Positions 10,075 to 19,476 of a stretch of DNA of 64,000 bases are shown here, piece after piece. The notes beneath the pieces were generated by a model. It was not told where the DNA came from. It searched no databases and worked only from the letters and a program-made list of their open reading frames with translations. The stretch's first letter is position 1, and each line of letters opens with the position of its first letter. The stretch spans positions 128,001 to 192,000 of the forward strand of contig JBGAGQ010000001.1 of assembly GCA_044226625.1 (NCBI GenBank), in the 5' to 3' direction. A program made the position numbers and the translations under genes. Source of the DNA: Thermoanaerobaculia bacterium. Lineage in GTDB: Bacteria; Acidobacteriota; Thermoanaerobaculia; Multivoradales; UBA5704.

Positions 10075-12480
10075 TCAGTTGCGGGATTCTTCGGCGAGGA
10101 GCGCCTTGGCCTCGGCGAGCGAATTCAGCAGCCCCTCGTCTCCGGGGCGGTTGCGCAGCCCGGTCTCGAAGAAGGCGATCGCCCTCGAGACCTCCGGCCG
10201 CGCCGATCGCCCACGCTTTCGCTCCCAGACCGCGAGGTCGAGGTGAACCAGACCTTCGTCGTTGTCCGCCGCCGCGGAACGCGGCTCGATCCGGCGGGCG
10301 GCGCGGAACTCGCGCGCGGCCTCTTCGAGCCTGGCGCGCGGGTCTTCGCCGCGATCGATCTGGGTCTCGGCGAGGATCAGGATCGACACCCCGAGGTTCA
10401 GATGCGGCATCACCCCGTCGGGCGCCGCCGCCACCGCCTTCCGGCCGCATTCGATCGAGGCGAGCAGGCTCGGCCGGGGATCGATCCCCTGCTTCCGCTC
10501 GTACTCGGCGCTCATGCTGTAGATCGCCGCAAGGTCGTCCCATGCGGTCGAGTTGCCGGGTTCGAGCCGGAGCGCCTGGCGGGCGAGCGCCTCGGCGCGG
10601 GCGAAGATCGGCCGCGGATCTTCTTTCCCCGCCATGCGGCGGTAGCCGCGGTCGCGGTAGATCGCCGACTCGATCGCCCAGGCGCGCGCCCGCTCGGGAT
10701 CGGCGCGGCGCGCCCGACCGCAGGCGGCGACCGCTTGGGCGAACGCCGCCTCGGCGGCGGCCTCGTGCCCCTCCTCGAACGCCTGGACCTGCGCCCAGCG
10801 CCAGCATTCGGCGATGCTCACGTCGGCGTCGCTGCGCGCCACCTCGGCCGCATTCCGATAGGCGAAGAGCGCTTTCCGGAGGTCGGCGAGCGCCCCGTCG
10901 ACCCCGCCTCGCTCCCACCCCTCCTGGGCCTGGATCGCGTGGACGTCGCCTTCGAGCAGCCAAGCCTCGTAGAGGCCCGGATCGGCGCCGTAGGCCTTGG
11001 CGGCCTGGGCGAGCGCGGCGCCGTCGCGCCGCTCGTAGAAATCGATCAGCCCGAGCGCGTATGCGACCTCCGGGCTCGGCCGCGACTCGGGGTTTCGGGG
11101 CAGCGCGGCCTTCAAGTACCGGAGCGCCGGATCGCGCAGCTCCCGCTCGATCGTCCGTCGTCGCTCGGCCCGGCGCTCCGGAGAATCGAGCCGGGCGAGG
11201 GCGGCGAGCTCCGTCTGATAGAGGTGCCCGAGCGCCCTGCCGAGGTCGCTCGCGACCTGCGGCGAACGCTCCCCCGCCGCCCAGGCTGCAGTGAGGTGAC
11301 GCCGCGCCGCCGCCTCGTCGTGAAGCGCGAGATAGCCACGCCCGAGAGCCCCCTGCGCCGGAGGCCGTGCCGCACCGGGAAGGCGATCGAGCCCCGCCTC
11401 GAGCCGCAGCAACTCGGCCCGCGCCGCCCGCCGCTCCGGCCGGGTGTCGTGGAGCGGCAGCAAGTAGGCGCGACGGAGCTGCGCGGCGATCCGCTCGACC
11501 TCCTGACCGTAGCGCTGGGCCGCGACCGCGCCTCGCCGCGCCGCGAGCCGCTCGTTCCAGCCCGCGGCGAGCAGCACGGCGATCGCCGTAAACGCCGCGA
11601 CCGCGACCGCCGAGACCAACCGATGGCGTCGGACGAGGCGCGCCAGGCGTGGCATCCATCCCGGGCCGCGCGCGAGCACCCGCTCGCGGTCGAGGTATCG
11701 ACCGAGATCGTCGGCCAGGGCGCGCGCCGACTCGTAACGTCGCTCACGCTCGGGCTCGAGGCAGCGAAGGATGATCGCCTCGACCTCGGCGGGAAGCTCG
11801 GGGGCGAGCTTCCGCGGCCGCGGGGGCGCGCAGGCGAGCGCCTGCACCAGGGTCTCGGCGGTGCTCTCCCCGGCGAACGGCGGACGCCCGGTGGCCAGCC
11901 GATAGAGAACGGCGCCGAGCGCGAACACGTCGGTCCGCGCGTCGAGCGACCGCACCTCGCCGCGCGCCTGCTCGGGCGAGAGGTAGCCCGGAGTACCGAG
12001 CAGCATACCGGTCTCGGTGAGCCCGTCCGAGTACAGCTCCCGGGCGAGGCCGAAATCGACCACCCGGGGTCGCTTCGTGCCGTCGGCCGCGGTCTCGATC
12101 AGGATGTTCGTCGGTTTGAGGTCGCGATGGATCATGCCGATCGCGTGCGCGGAATCGACCGCTCCGGCGACGCGGCGCACGAGGTCGAGCCCTTCGGCAA
12201 GAGAGAGCGAGGGGGCCGCCGCTTCGAGCGTTTGTCCCTCGACGTACTCCATCGCGATGTAGGGCCGGCCGTCGAGCTCGCCCACCTCGTACACCTTGGC
12301 GACCAGCTCATGCTCCACTCGCGCCTGCGACCGCGCCTCGAGTAGGAACCGCTCGATCGATCGAGGATCCGCCGCGCGCAAGAATTTGAGCGCGACGAAG
12401 CGGCCGAGACGTGGATCGAAGGCGCGATAGACCTCTCCCGTGCTCCCCTCGCCGAGCGGCACCGCCGTTTCGAAGCGCAT
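10075..12480 (-). CDS. Membrane Ser/Thr protein kinase with C-terminal TPR repeats
   Basis: GEGSTGEVY, VALK, HRDLKPTN, DFGLAR, GTPGYLSPEQ; TM helix LVSAVAVAAFTAIAVLLAAG; helical TPR-like tail; ATG 12480 follows TATACT. Confidence 0.93.
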   Translation of the reverse strand: MRFETAVPLGEGSTGEVYRAFDPRLGRFVALKFLRAADPRSIERFLLEARSQARVEHELVAKVYEVGELDGRPYIAMEYVEGQTLEAAAPSLSLAEGLDLVRRVAGAVDSAHAIGMIHRDLKPTNILIETAADGTKRPRVVDFGLARELYSDGLTETGMLLGTPGYLSPEQARGEVRSLDARTDVFALGAVLYRLATGRPPFAGESTAETLVQALACAPPRPRKLAPELPAEVEAIILRCLEPERERRYESARALADDLGRYLDRERVLARGPGWMPRLARLVRRHRLVSAVAVAAFTAIAVLLAAGWNERLAARRGAVAAQRYGQEVERIAAQLRRAYLLPLHDTRPERRAARAELLRLEAGLDRLPGAARPPAQGALGRGYLALHDEAAARRHLTAAWAAGERSPQVASDLGRALGHLYQTELAALARLDSPERRAERRRTIERELRDPALRYLKAALPRNPESRPSPEVAYALGLIDFYERRDGAALAQAAKAYGADPGLYEAWLLEGDVHAIQAQEGWERGGVDGALADLRKALFAYRNAAEVARSDADVSIAECWRWAQVQAFEEGHEAAAEAAFAQAVAACGRARRADPERARAWAIESAIYRDRGYRRMAGKEDPRPIFARAEALARQALRLEPGNSTAWDDLAAIYSMSAEYERKQGIDPRPSLLASIECGRKAVAAAPDGVMPHLNLGVSILILAETQIDRGEDPRARLEEAAREFRAARRIEPRSAAADNDEGLVHLDLAVWERKRGRSARPEVSRAIAFFETGLRNRPGDEGLLNSLAEAKALLAEESRN

Positions 12481-12713
12481 CTCCAATTCAGTATAGAGAG
12501 AGGAGCCCGTCGGCCGAACCGCCCGCCGAGAGGGTTTCGACGAGTCGCCCGGGAATCCGTCGCCAATCCACCGTTTCGATTGACACCCCGATCGGCCGTC
12601 CGTAGACTCCTCGCCGCCTCTCCCGAGAAGTCCCAGGGTCCCCCTACATCGCCGACAGCGCCGCATGATGCGGCGTCATGTGTGCCTCCCATGATGGGAG
12701 GAAGGAGGTCGGA

Positions 12714-13739
12714 ATGATTCGTGGAGCGAAGTTTCTCATTGTAGCGACGGCCGCTCTCGCGGCCGGAACCGTGGCCGGGTGGGCCGCCCCCGGCGATCTA
12801 GCGACCCGCATCCAGGCGGATCGCGCCTCGATCGGAGCGGGCCAGGACGTAACCCTTCGGGTCACCCTCCGCAACACCTCCGCGAAGGACGTCGCGATCC
12901 CCTATTGGCAGACGCCCGTGCGCGGCATCTACGCGAACCTCTTCGAGGTCGAGCGCAACGGCCAACCGGTCGCCTACATCGGACGCCTCTCCAAGTGGGC
13001 GGCGCCGCGGGCGGAGGACCTCGTGACCATCCCGGCGGGCGGCGTCGTCCGCGCGAAGGTCGAGCTGTCGGCGGCCTACGACATCACGCGCACCGGCGAG
13101 TACACGTTCCGCCTTCGCGGCGACGAGGGTGCCAGCAAGCGCGCCTCGAACGCGGTCTCGATCGCGATCGACCGTGACGCCAACGATTTCGTCGATTTCC
13201 TGGCCCAGGCCGAAGCCGAGGCCGACGCCGCGGGGCGCTACCTGACGCCGAGCTACGTCTCCTGCTCTTCGTCGCGCCAGTCCACCCTCGTCTCGGCGCT
13301 CTCCGCCGCGCAGACGATGGCGCAGCGGGCCAAGGCGTTCACCAACGCGGGTACCACCGGCACCGCGTGGACCACCTGGTTCGGCACCTACAACTCGTCG
13401 CGCTACGCGACGGTCAACACCCACTACAACAACATCTACAGCACCTTCACGACCAAGACCGTCACCTTCTACTGCGACTGCACGGATAGCGCGTACGCCT
13501 ACGTCTATCCGAACCAGCCCTACAAGATCCACCTGTGCAACGCGTTCTGGTCCGCGCCGCTCACCGGCACCGACTCGAAGGGCGGCACCCTGGTCCACGA
13601 GACGAGCCACTTCTCCGTCGTCGCGAGCACGGACGACTGGGCCTACGGCCAGACCGCCTGCCGCAGCCTCGCCACCTCGAACCCGAGCCGCGCGATCGAT
13701 AACGCCGACTCGCACGAGTACTTCGCCGAAGCGCGGTAA
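12714..13739 (+). CDS. M35 (deuterolysin / Lys-specific) secreted metalloendopeptidase
   Basis: Signal peptide, prodomain, HETSH, TDDWAYG and NADSHEYF aspzincin motifs; RBS AAGGAGG. Confidence 0.93.
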   Translation: MIRGAKFLIVATAALAAGTVAGWAAPGDLATRIQADRASIGAGQDVTLRVTLRNTSAKDVAIPYWQTPVRGIYANLFEVERNGQPVAYIGRLSKWAAPRAEDLVTIPAGGVVRAKVELSAAYDITRTGEYTFRLRGDEGASKRASNAVSIAIDRDANDFVDFLAQAEAEADAAGRYLTPSYVSCSSSRQSTLVSALSAAQTMAQRAKAFTNAGTTGTAWTTWFGTYNSSRYATVNTHYNNIYSTFTTKTVTFYCDCTDSAYAYVYPNQPYKIHLCNAFWSAPLTGTDSKGGTLVHETSHFSVVASTDDWAYGQTACRSLATSNPSRAIDNADSHEYFAEAR

Positions 13740-13762
13740 AGGAAAACCGATCTGATGTTCTC

Positions 13763-13791
13763 AAGGGCGAGCCCGCGGGCTCGCCCTTTTT
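13763..13791 (+). terminator. Rho-independent terminator
   Basis: AAGGGCGAGCCC-GC-GGGCTCGCCCTT followed by TTT, just after the M35 gene. Confidence 0.85.
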
Positions 13792-13843
13792 CATGAAAGT
13801 GGGGTGCCGGGATCTCCGCGCGCACCTGCTAGAATCCCAAGGC

Positions 13844-14044
13844 ATGCAGGACTCCTTCGTCACCCGAAAAGCTCGCCTTGCCGACCTCGACGATTCGTTC
13901 GATCGCGAGTTCTGGAGCCGCGAAACCCCATCGCGCCGCCTCGAGCTGGTGTGGGAGATTTCCGAGCGTGCGTACGCGCTCGGGGGAAAACTTCCGGATG
14001 AATCGGGACGCCCGCGATCTGTTGCGCGCCTTCATCGACCATGA
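13844..14044 (+). CDS. Small putative antitoxin-like partner of the nucleotidyltransferase
   Basis: 66 aa, DREFW...TPSRRLELVWE pattern; overlaps the next gene; TGcTAGAAT 8 nt before ATG. Confidence 0.65.
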   Translation: MQDSFVTRKARLADLDDSFDREFWSRETPSRRLELVWEISERAYALGGKLPDESGRPRSVARLHRP

Positions 14045-14450
14045 GGTCCGCTTTCTTCTGGTAGGAGCCCACGCCGTCGGCTTCTACGCGGAGCCACGCG
14101 CAACCGGCGATCTCGATCTCTTCACCGATCCGACCCCCGAAAACGCCGTACGCGCCTTTGCCGCACTCGAAGCCTTCGGCGCTCCCCTCCACGACCTCTC
14201 GACCGAAGATCTGGCCACGCCCGGGATCGTCTTCCAGATGGGATTCCCACCCTATAGGATCGATGTCCTTACCGAAATCTCGGGAGTTTCGTTCGAGGAA
14301 GCCTGGAAGGATCGCCGGTTTGCTACCCTCGGCGAGCTTCAACTGCCGGTGATCGGCCACCAAGCGCTGATCGAGAACAAGCGCGCTACCGGCCGCCCCA
14401 AAGACCTCCTCGACCTCGACCTTCTAGAAAAACACGGCGGTCCTCAATAG
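13998..14450 (+). CDS. Nucleotidyltransferase (AbiEii/DUF6036-like)
   Basis: LLVGAHAV...PRATGDLD and C-terminal K.ATGRPKDLLDL motifs. Confidence 0.82.
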   Translation: MNRDARDLLRAFIDHEVRFLLVGAHAVGFYAEPRATGDLDLFTDPTPENAVRAFAALEAFGAPLHDLSTEDLATPGIVFQMGFPPYRIDVLTEISGVSFEEAWKDRRFATLGELQLPVIGHQALIENKRATGRPKDLLDLDLLEKHGGPQ

Positions 14451-14488
14451 GGACTCCCTGGCAAGGGAGGGTCGCCCGAGTCCCTGTC

Positions 14489-15496
14489 CTACCGCCGCTC
14501 TCCCCGCACGAAGCTCCAGCCGAAGCGGCCTTTGACGCAGAGGTTTCCCGAGGTCACGAACTGGTCGAGAGGTGAGGTGACCTTGACGATCTTCTCGTCC
14601 TGAGCGTGCAGCGTCAGGGTGCAGCCGACGCCACAGTAGGGGCAGATGGTGTCGGTCGTGGACTGCTTCGATTCGTCCCAGTTCCCTTCGGCGCGGAGAT
14701 CGTGCTCGGCCTTGCCCATCAGCGCTCCGGTCGGGCAGACGCCGATGCAGTTGCCGCAGAAGACGCAGGCCGATTCGGGCAGCGGCACCGCGTACTCGGT
14801 CGAGATCCGCGCGTCGAAGCCGCGACCCGCGACCGCGATCGCGAAGGTGTTCTGGGCGTCCTCGCCGCACGCCTCGACGCATTTGTAGCAGAGGATGCAC
14901 TTGCTGTAGTCGCGCACGTAGAGGTCGTTGTCGACCTTCACCGGCTGATGCACGGTACCGGCCGTCGCGCCGTCCCCCGCCTCGTGAGCGCCCGGCCGCG
15001 CGGCATCTCGCTCTCCGGCGCTCGCGCGCGGCGCGGGAGGGCCGAAACGCTCGGGCTTCGCGCCGTAACGAACCATGTACTCCTGGATCGTTGGAGCCGT
15101 CGATACGTCCACCGACGAGGTGAGCAGCTCGAGCACCATCCGACGCGCGAGACGGACCCGCTCGGAATCGGTCCGGATGACCATCCCCGGCTCGACCTTC
15201 CGGGAACAGGCCGGCACCAGCGTGCGCGACCCTTCGAGCTCGACCACGCAGATGCGGCAGACGTTCACGGGTTCGAGCGTTTCGAGGTAGCAGAGCGTCG
15301 GCGTGTCGATGCCGATCGAGCGTCCGGCTTCGAGGATCGTCCGGCCCTGCTCGACCGCGACGGCGGCGCCGTCGATCGTGATCTCGACCTTCGGCCGCTC
15401 CGCACGTTCCGGCAAGATCGGGAGCGGACCGCGCGGTACCGGAATGCGCAGGTCGGGAGCTGCCGTGGGGCTCGGCTGGCCCGGCTGTTCGATCAC
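14489..15496 (-). CDS. Formate dehydrogenase iron-sulfur subunit (NuoG/FdsA N-terminal-like: 2Fe-2S plus 4Fe-4S clusters)
   Basis: GTG 15496 overlaps the upstream TGA; PTLCY...CRICVVE...PACS; CILCYKCVEAC; CVFCGNCIGVCP; TICPYCGVGC...NLCVKGRFG. Confidence 0.92.
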   Translation of the reverse strand: MIEQPGQPSPTAAPDLRIPVPRGPLPILPERAERPKVEITIDGAAVAVEQGRTILEAGRSIGIDTPTLCYLETLEPVNVCRICVVELEGSRTLVPACSRKVEPGMVIRTDSERVRLARRMVLELLTSSVDVSTAPTIQEYMVRYGAKPERFGPPAPRASAGERDAARPGAHEAGDGATAGTVHQPVKVDNDLYVRDYSKCILCYKCVEACGEDAQNTFAIAVAGRGFDARISTEYAVPLPESACVFCGNCIGVCPTGALMGKAEHDLRAEGNWDESKQSTTDTICPYCGVGCTLTLHAQDEKIVKVTSPLDQFVTSGNLCVKGRFGWSFVRGERR

Positions 15497-17325
15497 GAAA
15501 AGATCCTCCAACGGGAAAGCGCCGACTCGACCGCCGAGGACGCCGTGTGGCCGAGGCCGCAGATCGACGCGTCGCGCATCGCCTGCCCCAGCTCCTTGAG
15601 CAACGCCAGCTCCTGGTCCACCGAGCCCAGCGGCCGCTTGCGCGCCAGCCGCTCGAGGACCTCTTCCTGACGCTCGGTCCCCACCCGGCAGGGGACGCAC
15701 TGGCCGCACGACTCGTCGCGGAAAAAACGGGCGATGCGCAGCAGGACGTCGGGCAGGTCCGCCGTCTCGTCGAACACCAATACGACGCCGGAGCCGAGCG
15801 CCGCCCCCGCGCCGCGGAGGCCTTCGAACGTCAACGGCACGTCGAGGTCCGCCGGCCCGAGGAAGCCGCCCGCCGCGCCGCCCATCAGAACGGCTCGCAT
15901 CTCGCCGGTGGCCCCGCCCGCAAGATCGAGCAGATCGCGCAGCGTCGCGCCGAACGTAAGCTCGTAGACGCCGGGCCGCGCCACGGCGCCCGAGAGGCAG
16001 AACAGCTTCGTGCCCGTCGAGCCGGAGGTGCCGATCGCCGCGTACGCCGCGCCGCCGTCGCGCACGATCCAGGGGACGTTCACGAGGGTCTCGACGTTGT
16101 TGACCACGGTCGGCCGGCCGAACAAGCCCGCTTGGGTGGGGAACGGCGGTTTGTTCCGCGGCTCGCCGCGGTACCCCTCGATCGAGTTGAAGAGCGCCGT
16201 CTCCTCGCCGCAGATGTAGGCCCCGGCGCCGCGGAAGAGGTGGAGGTCGAATGCGACGCCGCGACCGAGGACGTTGGCCCCCAGATGGCCGCGCGCGCGA
16301 GCCGCGGCGATCGCGTGCTCCATCGTCTCCCAGGCGAGCGGATATTCGCCGCGCAGGTAGAGGTACCCTTCGGTCGCGCCGATCGCGAAGCCGGCAATGG
16401 TCATCGCCTCGATCAGCGCGAACGGATCTCCCTCGATCAGCACGCGGTCTTTGAACGTCCCGGGCTCCGACTCGTCGGCATTGCAGACGAGGAGCGGAGG
16501 ACGGCCGGCATCGCGCGCGCTCTGCCATTTGCGCCCGGCGGGGAATGCCGCGCCGCCGCGGCCGAGCAGCTTGCTCGCGAGCACCTCCTCGACCACCCGC
16601 TCCGGACCGAGATCGAACGCCTTGGCGAGCGCGGCATATCCGCCAGCGGCGAGATAGTCGTCGAGGCTCCGCGGGTCGACCCGGCCCACTCGGGAAAGGA
16701 GGCGCAGCTTCGGATCGCCCGCCTGAGGCACCGAGCGCGCCGTCTGGAGCTCGTCGGGCGCCCCACCGACCTCCGGCTCGACCAGCGCCTTGCGCACCGA
16801 GGCAACCGTGGCCGGCGCGATCACCCGCTCGCCGTGCGCCGCACCCGCGACGGAAAGGAGCGCGGCGGGCGCCCGCTCGCAGAGTCCCAGACAGGGGCTC
16901 CTCAGGAAGGTCGCGGACGACGGGATCACGCCGGTCGAGGACAAGACCTCCAACAGGTCCTCCGCGCCGCGCGTCCGGCAGGCGACGTCGTCGCAGACGT
17001 GGACCACGATCGGCGGCCGGGGCACGGTCGAGAAGAGGGCATAGAACGAGGCGACGCCGTAGCTTTCGGCGGGAGGCAGACCGAGCCGCAGGCTCGCGTA
17101 ATTGAGCGCTCCGGCGCTGATCCAGCCGATCCGGGTCTGGATCGAATGGAGCGTCGGAAGCAGGCGGTGGCGCGCCTGAGCGGCGAGGCCGCCGCCGGAG
17201 GTGCGGCCGTCGGTCTCGACGTCGCGCGCTCCCCCGACCCAAGCGGAGGGGGGAGGCCCCAGCTCGGCGTCGACCGCGGCCCGCTCTTCGACGGTCGGCT
17301 GGTCCTCGGTGAAATGCAGATCCAA
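15493..17325 (-). CDS. NuoE-NuoF fused NAD(H) diaphorase subunit (FdsG+FdsB-like)
   Basis: CDDVAC...CLGLC 2Fe-2S; GRGGAAFP, NADESEPG, AYICGEETAL, ESCGQCVPCR...SICGLG; TTG start with GAGGAG. Confidence 0.93.
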   Translation of the reverse strand: MDLHFTEDQPTVEERAAVDAELGPPPSAWVGGARDVETDGRTSGGGLAAQARHRLLPTLHSIQTRIGWISAGALNYASLRLGLPPAESYGVASFYALFSTVPRPPIVVHVCDDVACRTRGAEDLLEVLSSTGVIPSSATFLRSPCLGLCERAPAALLSVAGAAHGERVIAPATVASVRKALVEPEVGGAPDELQTARSVPQAGDPKLRLLSRVGRVDPRSLDDYLAAGGYAALAKAFDLGPERVVEEVLASKLLGRGGAAFPAGRKWQSARDAGRPPLLVCNADESEPGTFKDRVLIEGDPFALIEAMTIAGFAIGATEGYLYLRGEYPLAWETMEHAIAAARARGHLGANVLGRGVAFDLHLFRGAGAYICGEETALFNSIEGYRGEPRNKPPFPTQAGLFGRPTVVNNVETLVNVPWIVRDGGAAYAAIGTSGSTGTKLFCLSGAVARPGVYELTFGATLRDLLDLAGGATGEMRAVLMGGAAGGFLGPADLDVPLTFEGLRGAGAALGSGVVLVFDETADLPDVLLRIARFFRDESCGQCVPCRVGTERQEEVLERLARKRPLGSVDQELALLKELGQAMRDASICGLGHTASSAVESALSRWRIFS

Positions 17326-17335
17326 TCGTCTCTCC

Positions 17336-19276
17336 TCAGCTCGGAACGAGAGCGGGGGCCGCTTCGGCCACCCGATCGAGCCGGATCGCCGTCGCCTTGA
17401 ACTCCGCCGTCCCCGAGCGGGGATCGACCGCGTCTACGGTCAGGTCGTTGGTCGCCATCTGATCCGGAAAGTGAAGGGTCATGAACGCCAGGCCCGGGCG
17501 CAAGCCGAGATCGAACCGGACCGGTGCGAGGACCGAGCCGCGCCGCGAGCTGACCTTCACGGTCTCGCCTTCGGCCACGCCCCAACGCGCACCGTCCTCC
17601 GGCGCGAGGTCGATCGTGGGACCGCTCCGGCGCGGGTAGCGGTAGGCGCCGGTCTGGACGCCGGTGTTGTAGGAGTCGAGGTGCCGGCCCGTGGTCAGGC
17701 GGAGCGGGAAGATCTCGTCCAGCGGATCGACCGGATCGACCTGCTCGACGCACGAGAACGGCGCCCTGGGCCCGAGCACCGGACGCTGCCAGAGGCGCGA
17801 GTGCAGAAACAGCTCGCCCGGATGGCTCTCGTCGTAGCAGGGCCACGGAATGCCGCCCATCGCCTCCAAGCGCGGATAGGTCATGCCGGCGTGGATCGGC
17901 GACAGCGACCGGAGCTCGTCCCAGACCTTCTCGGCCGACGCCTCGCCCCAGTCGTGCCCGAGGCGCCGCGCGAGGTCGAACAGCACGTCGAGATCGTCGC
18001 GAACGCCGGGCGGCGGGGCGACCGCGCGCCGGACCCGCTGGACCTTGCGCTCGCTGCTGGTGACCGTCCCTTCGGACTCGCACCAGCCGGCGGCGGCGGG
18101 CAGGATCACGTCGGCGACCTCGGCGGTCTTGGTGAACAGGATGTCCTGGACCACCAGCAGTTCGAGGCCGGACAGGAGTTTGAGCGCCCGGTGCCGGTCG
18201 GCCTCGGAGTCGGCGGGGTTTTCGCCGATCACGTAGAGCGTCGTGAGGTCGCCGTGCTCCATCGCCTCGAACATCTGCGAGAGATGCCAGCCGCGCTTCG
18301 GCGGGATCGCAACGCCCCAGGCAGCCTCGAACTTCGCGCGCAGCGCGTCGTTTTCGACGTGCTGGATTCCGGGCAGACGGTCCGGCAGGGCTCCCATGTC
18401 GCCGCCGCCCTGGACGTTGTTCTGCCCGCGCAGCGGATTCAAGCCCGAGCCGTAGCGCCCGACGTGGCCGCAGAGCAGGGCGAGGTTGATCAGCGAGACC
18501 ACGTTGTCGACGCCGTGATGGTGCTCGGTGATGCCGAGCGTCCAGCAGAGCTCCGCCGTCTTCGCCTTCGCGTAGGTCTCGGCCACCTTGGTGATCAGCG
18601 CGGCCGGCACGCCGGTGGTCCGCTCCGCATACTCCAGGGTGTAGCGCTCGACGTGCGCCCGGTAGGCCTCGAAGTCGCTCGTGGCGTTCTCGACGAACTC
18701 CCGATCGTGCCAACCGTTGGCGATGACCTCACGGCCGATCGCGTTGGCGAGCGCGATGTCGGTGCCGACGTCGATCCCGAGCCAGAGGTCCGCCCACTGA
18801 GCGGAAGTGGTCCGGCGCGGATCGACGACGATCAGCTTCGCTCCCTTGTGGAGCGCCTTCAGGACGTGGTGGAAGAAGATCGGATGCGTTTCACGGGCAT
18901 TGCTGCCCCAGAGGATGACGAGATCCGTGTCCTCCACCTCGCGGTAGGAACTGGTGCTGCCCCCTGCTCCGAAGACCGTCGCCAGACCGACGACGCTAGG
19001 AGCGTGTCACGTTCGGTTGCAGCTATCGATGTTGTTGCTGCCCATCACCACGCGGGTGAACTTCTGCGCCGTGAAGTTCATCTCGTTCGTCGTCTTCGAG
19101 CAGGAGAACAACCCGAACGGCGAGCGCTCCGCGGTCTTCCCCTTTTCGATCGCGCGAGCGAACCCCGCGGCGACCCGATCGAGAGCCTCGTCCCAGGAGG
19201 CTTCGCGAAGGGTGCCCCCCTTTCCTCCCTCGCGGACGAACGGGGTCAGGAGTCGAGAGTTGCGCTTCGGCAGCAT
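17336..19276 (-). CDS. fdhF: Selenocysteine-containing formate dehydrogenase catalytic (Mo/W-bisPGD) subunit, 646 aa
   Basis: Track ORFs 19007..19591 and 17336..18937 join in frame across TGA 19007-19009: SNNIDSCNRT-U-HAPSVVGL (active-site U-H); LRGQNNVQG; C-terminal LTTGR and TAEFK; SD GAGGT before ATG 19276. Confidence 0.9.
18966..19009 (-). promoter_or_regulatory. UGA Sec codon and bacterial SECIS hairpin
   Basis: UGA, 11 nt spacer CACGCUCCUAG, stem CGUCGUC/GGCGACG with GGUCU loop, lower stem GCUCC/GGAGC; same geometry as the E. coli fdhF SECIS. Confidence 0.88.
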
Positions 19277-19476
19277 GGCGGCACCTCGGATCTTGGGTCG
19301 TTGCCCCGGATTCGGATCGGATCGGCGGCGGAGCACCGCCCGGTCTTGGGGTCGGGGAAGTCTACACCGGGGTCCCGCGGGGCGGCGCGGGACGAGGCGA
19401 AGAAACCCATCCCTTTCCACATCGTAAGAAGAGAGAAGATTCGATCGGCCGCCGGATGGCCAGGAGGACGTCGAAG

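Noticed and set aside
9137-12345. Long Arg/Ala/Gly-rich ORFs (9137..11659 minus, 9991..12345 plus)
   Set aside because: Alternative frames over the kinase gene; no domain signal
12670-12685. Possible sigma54 promoter before the M35 gene (CGGCGTCATGTGTGCC), and a similar one near 47358
   Set aside because: Only GG-N10-GC matches, which is common by chance in GC-rich DNA
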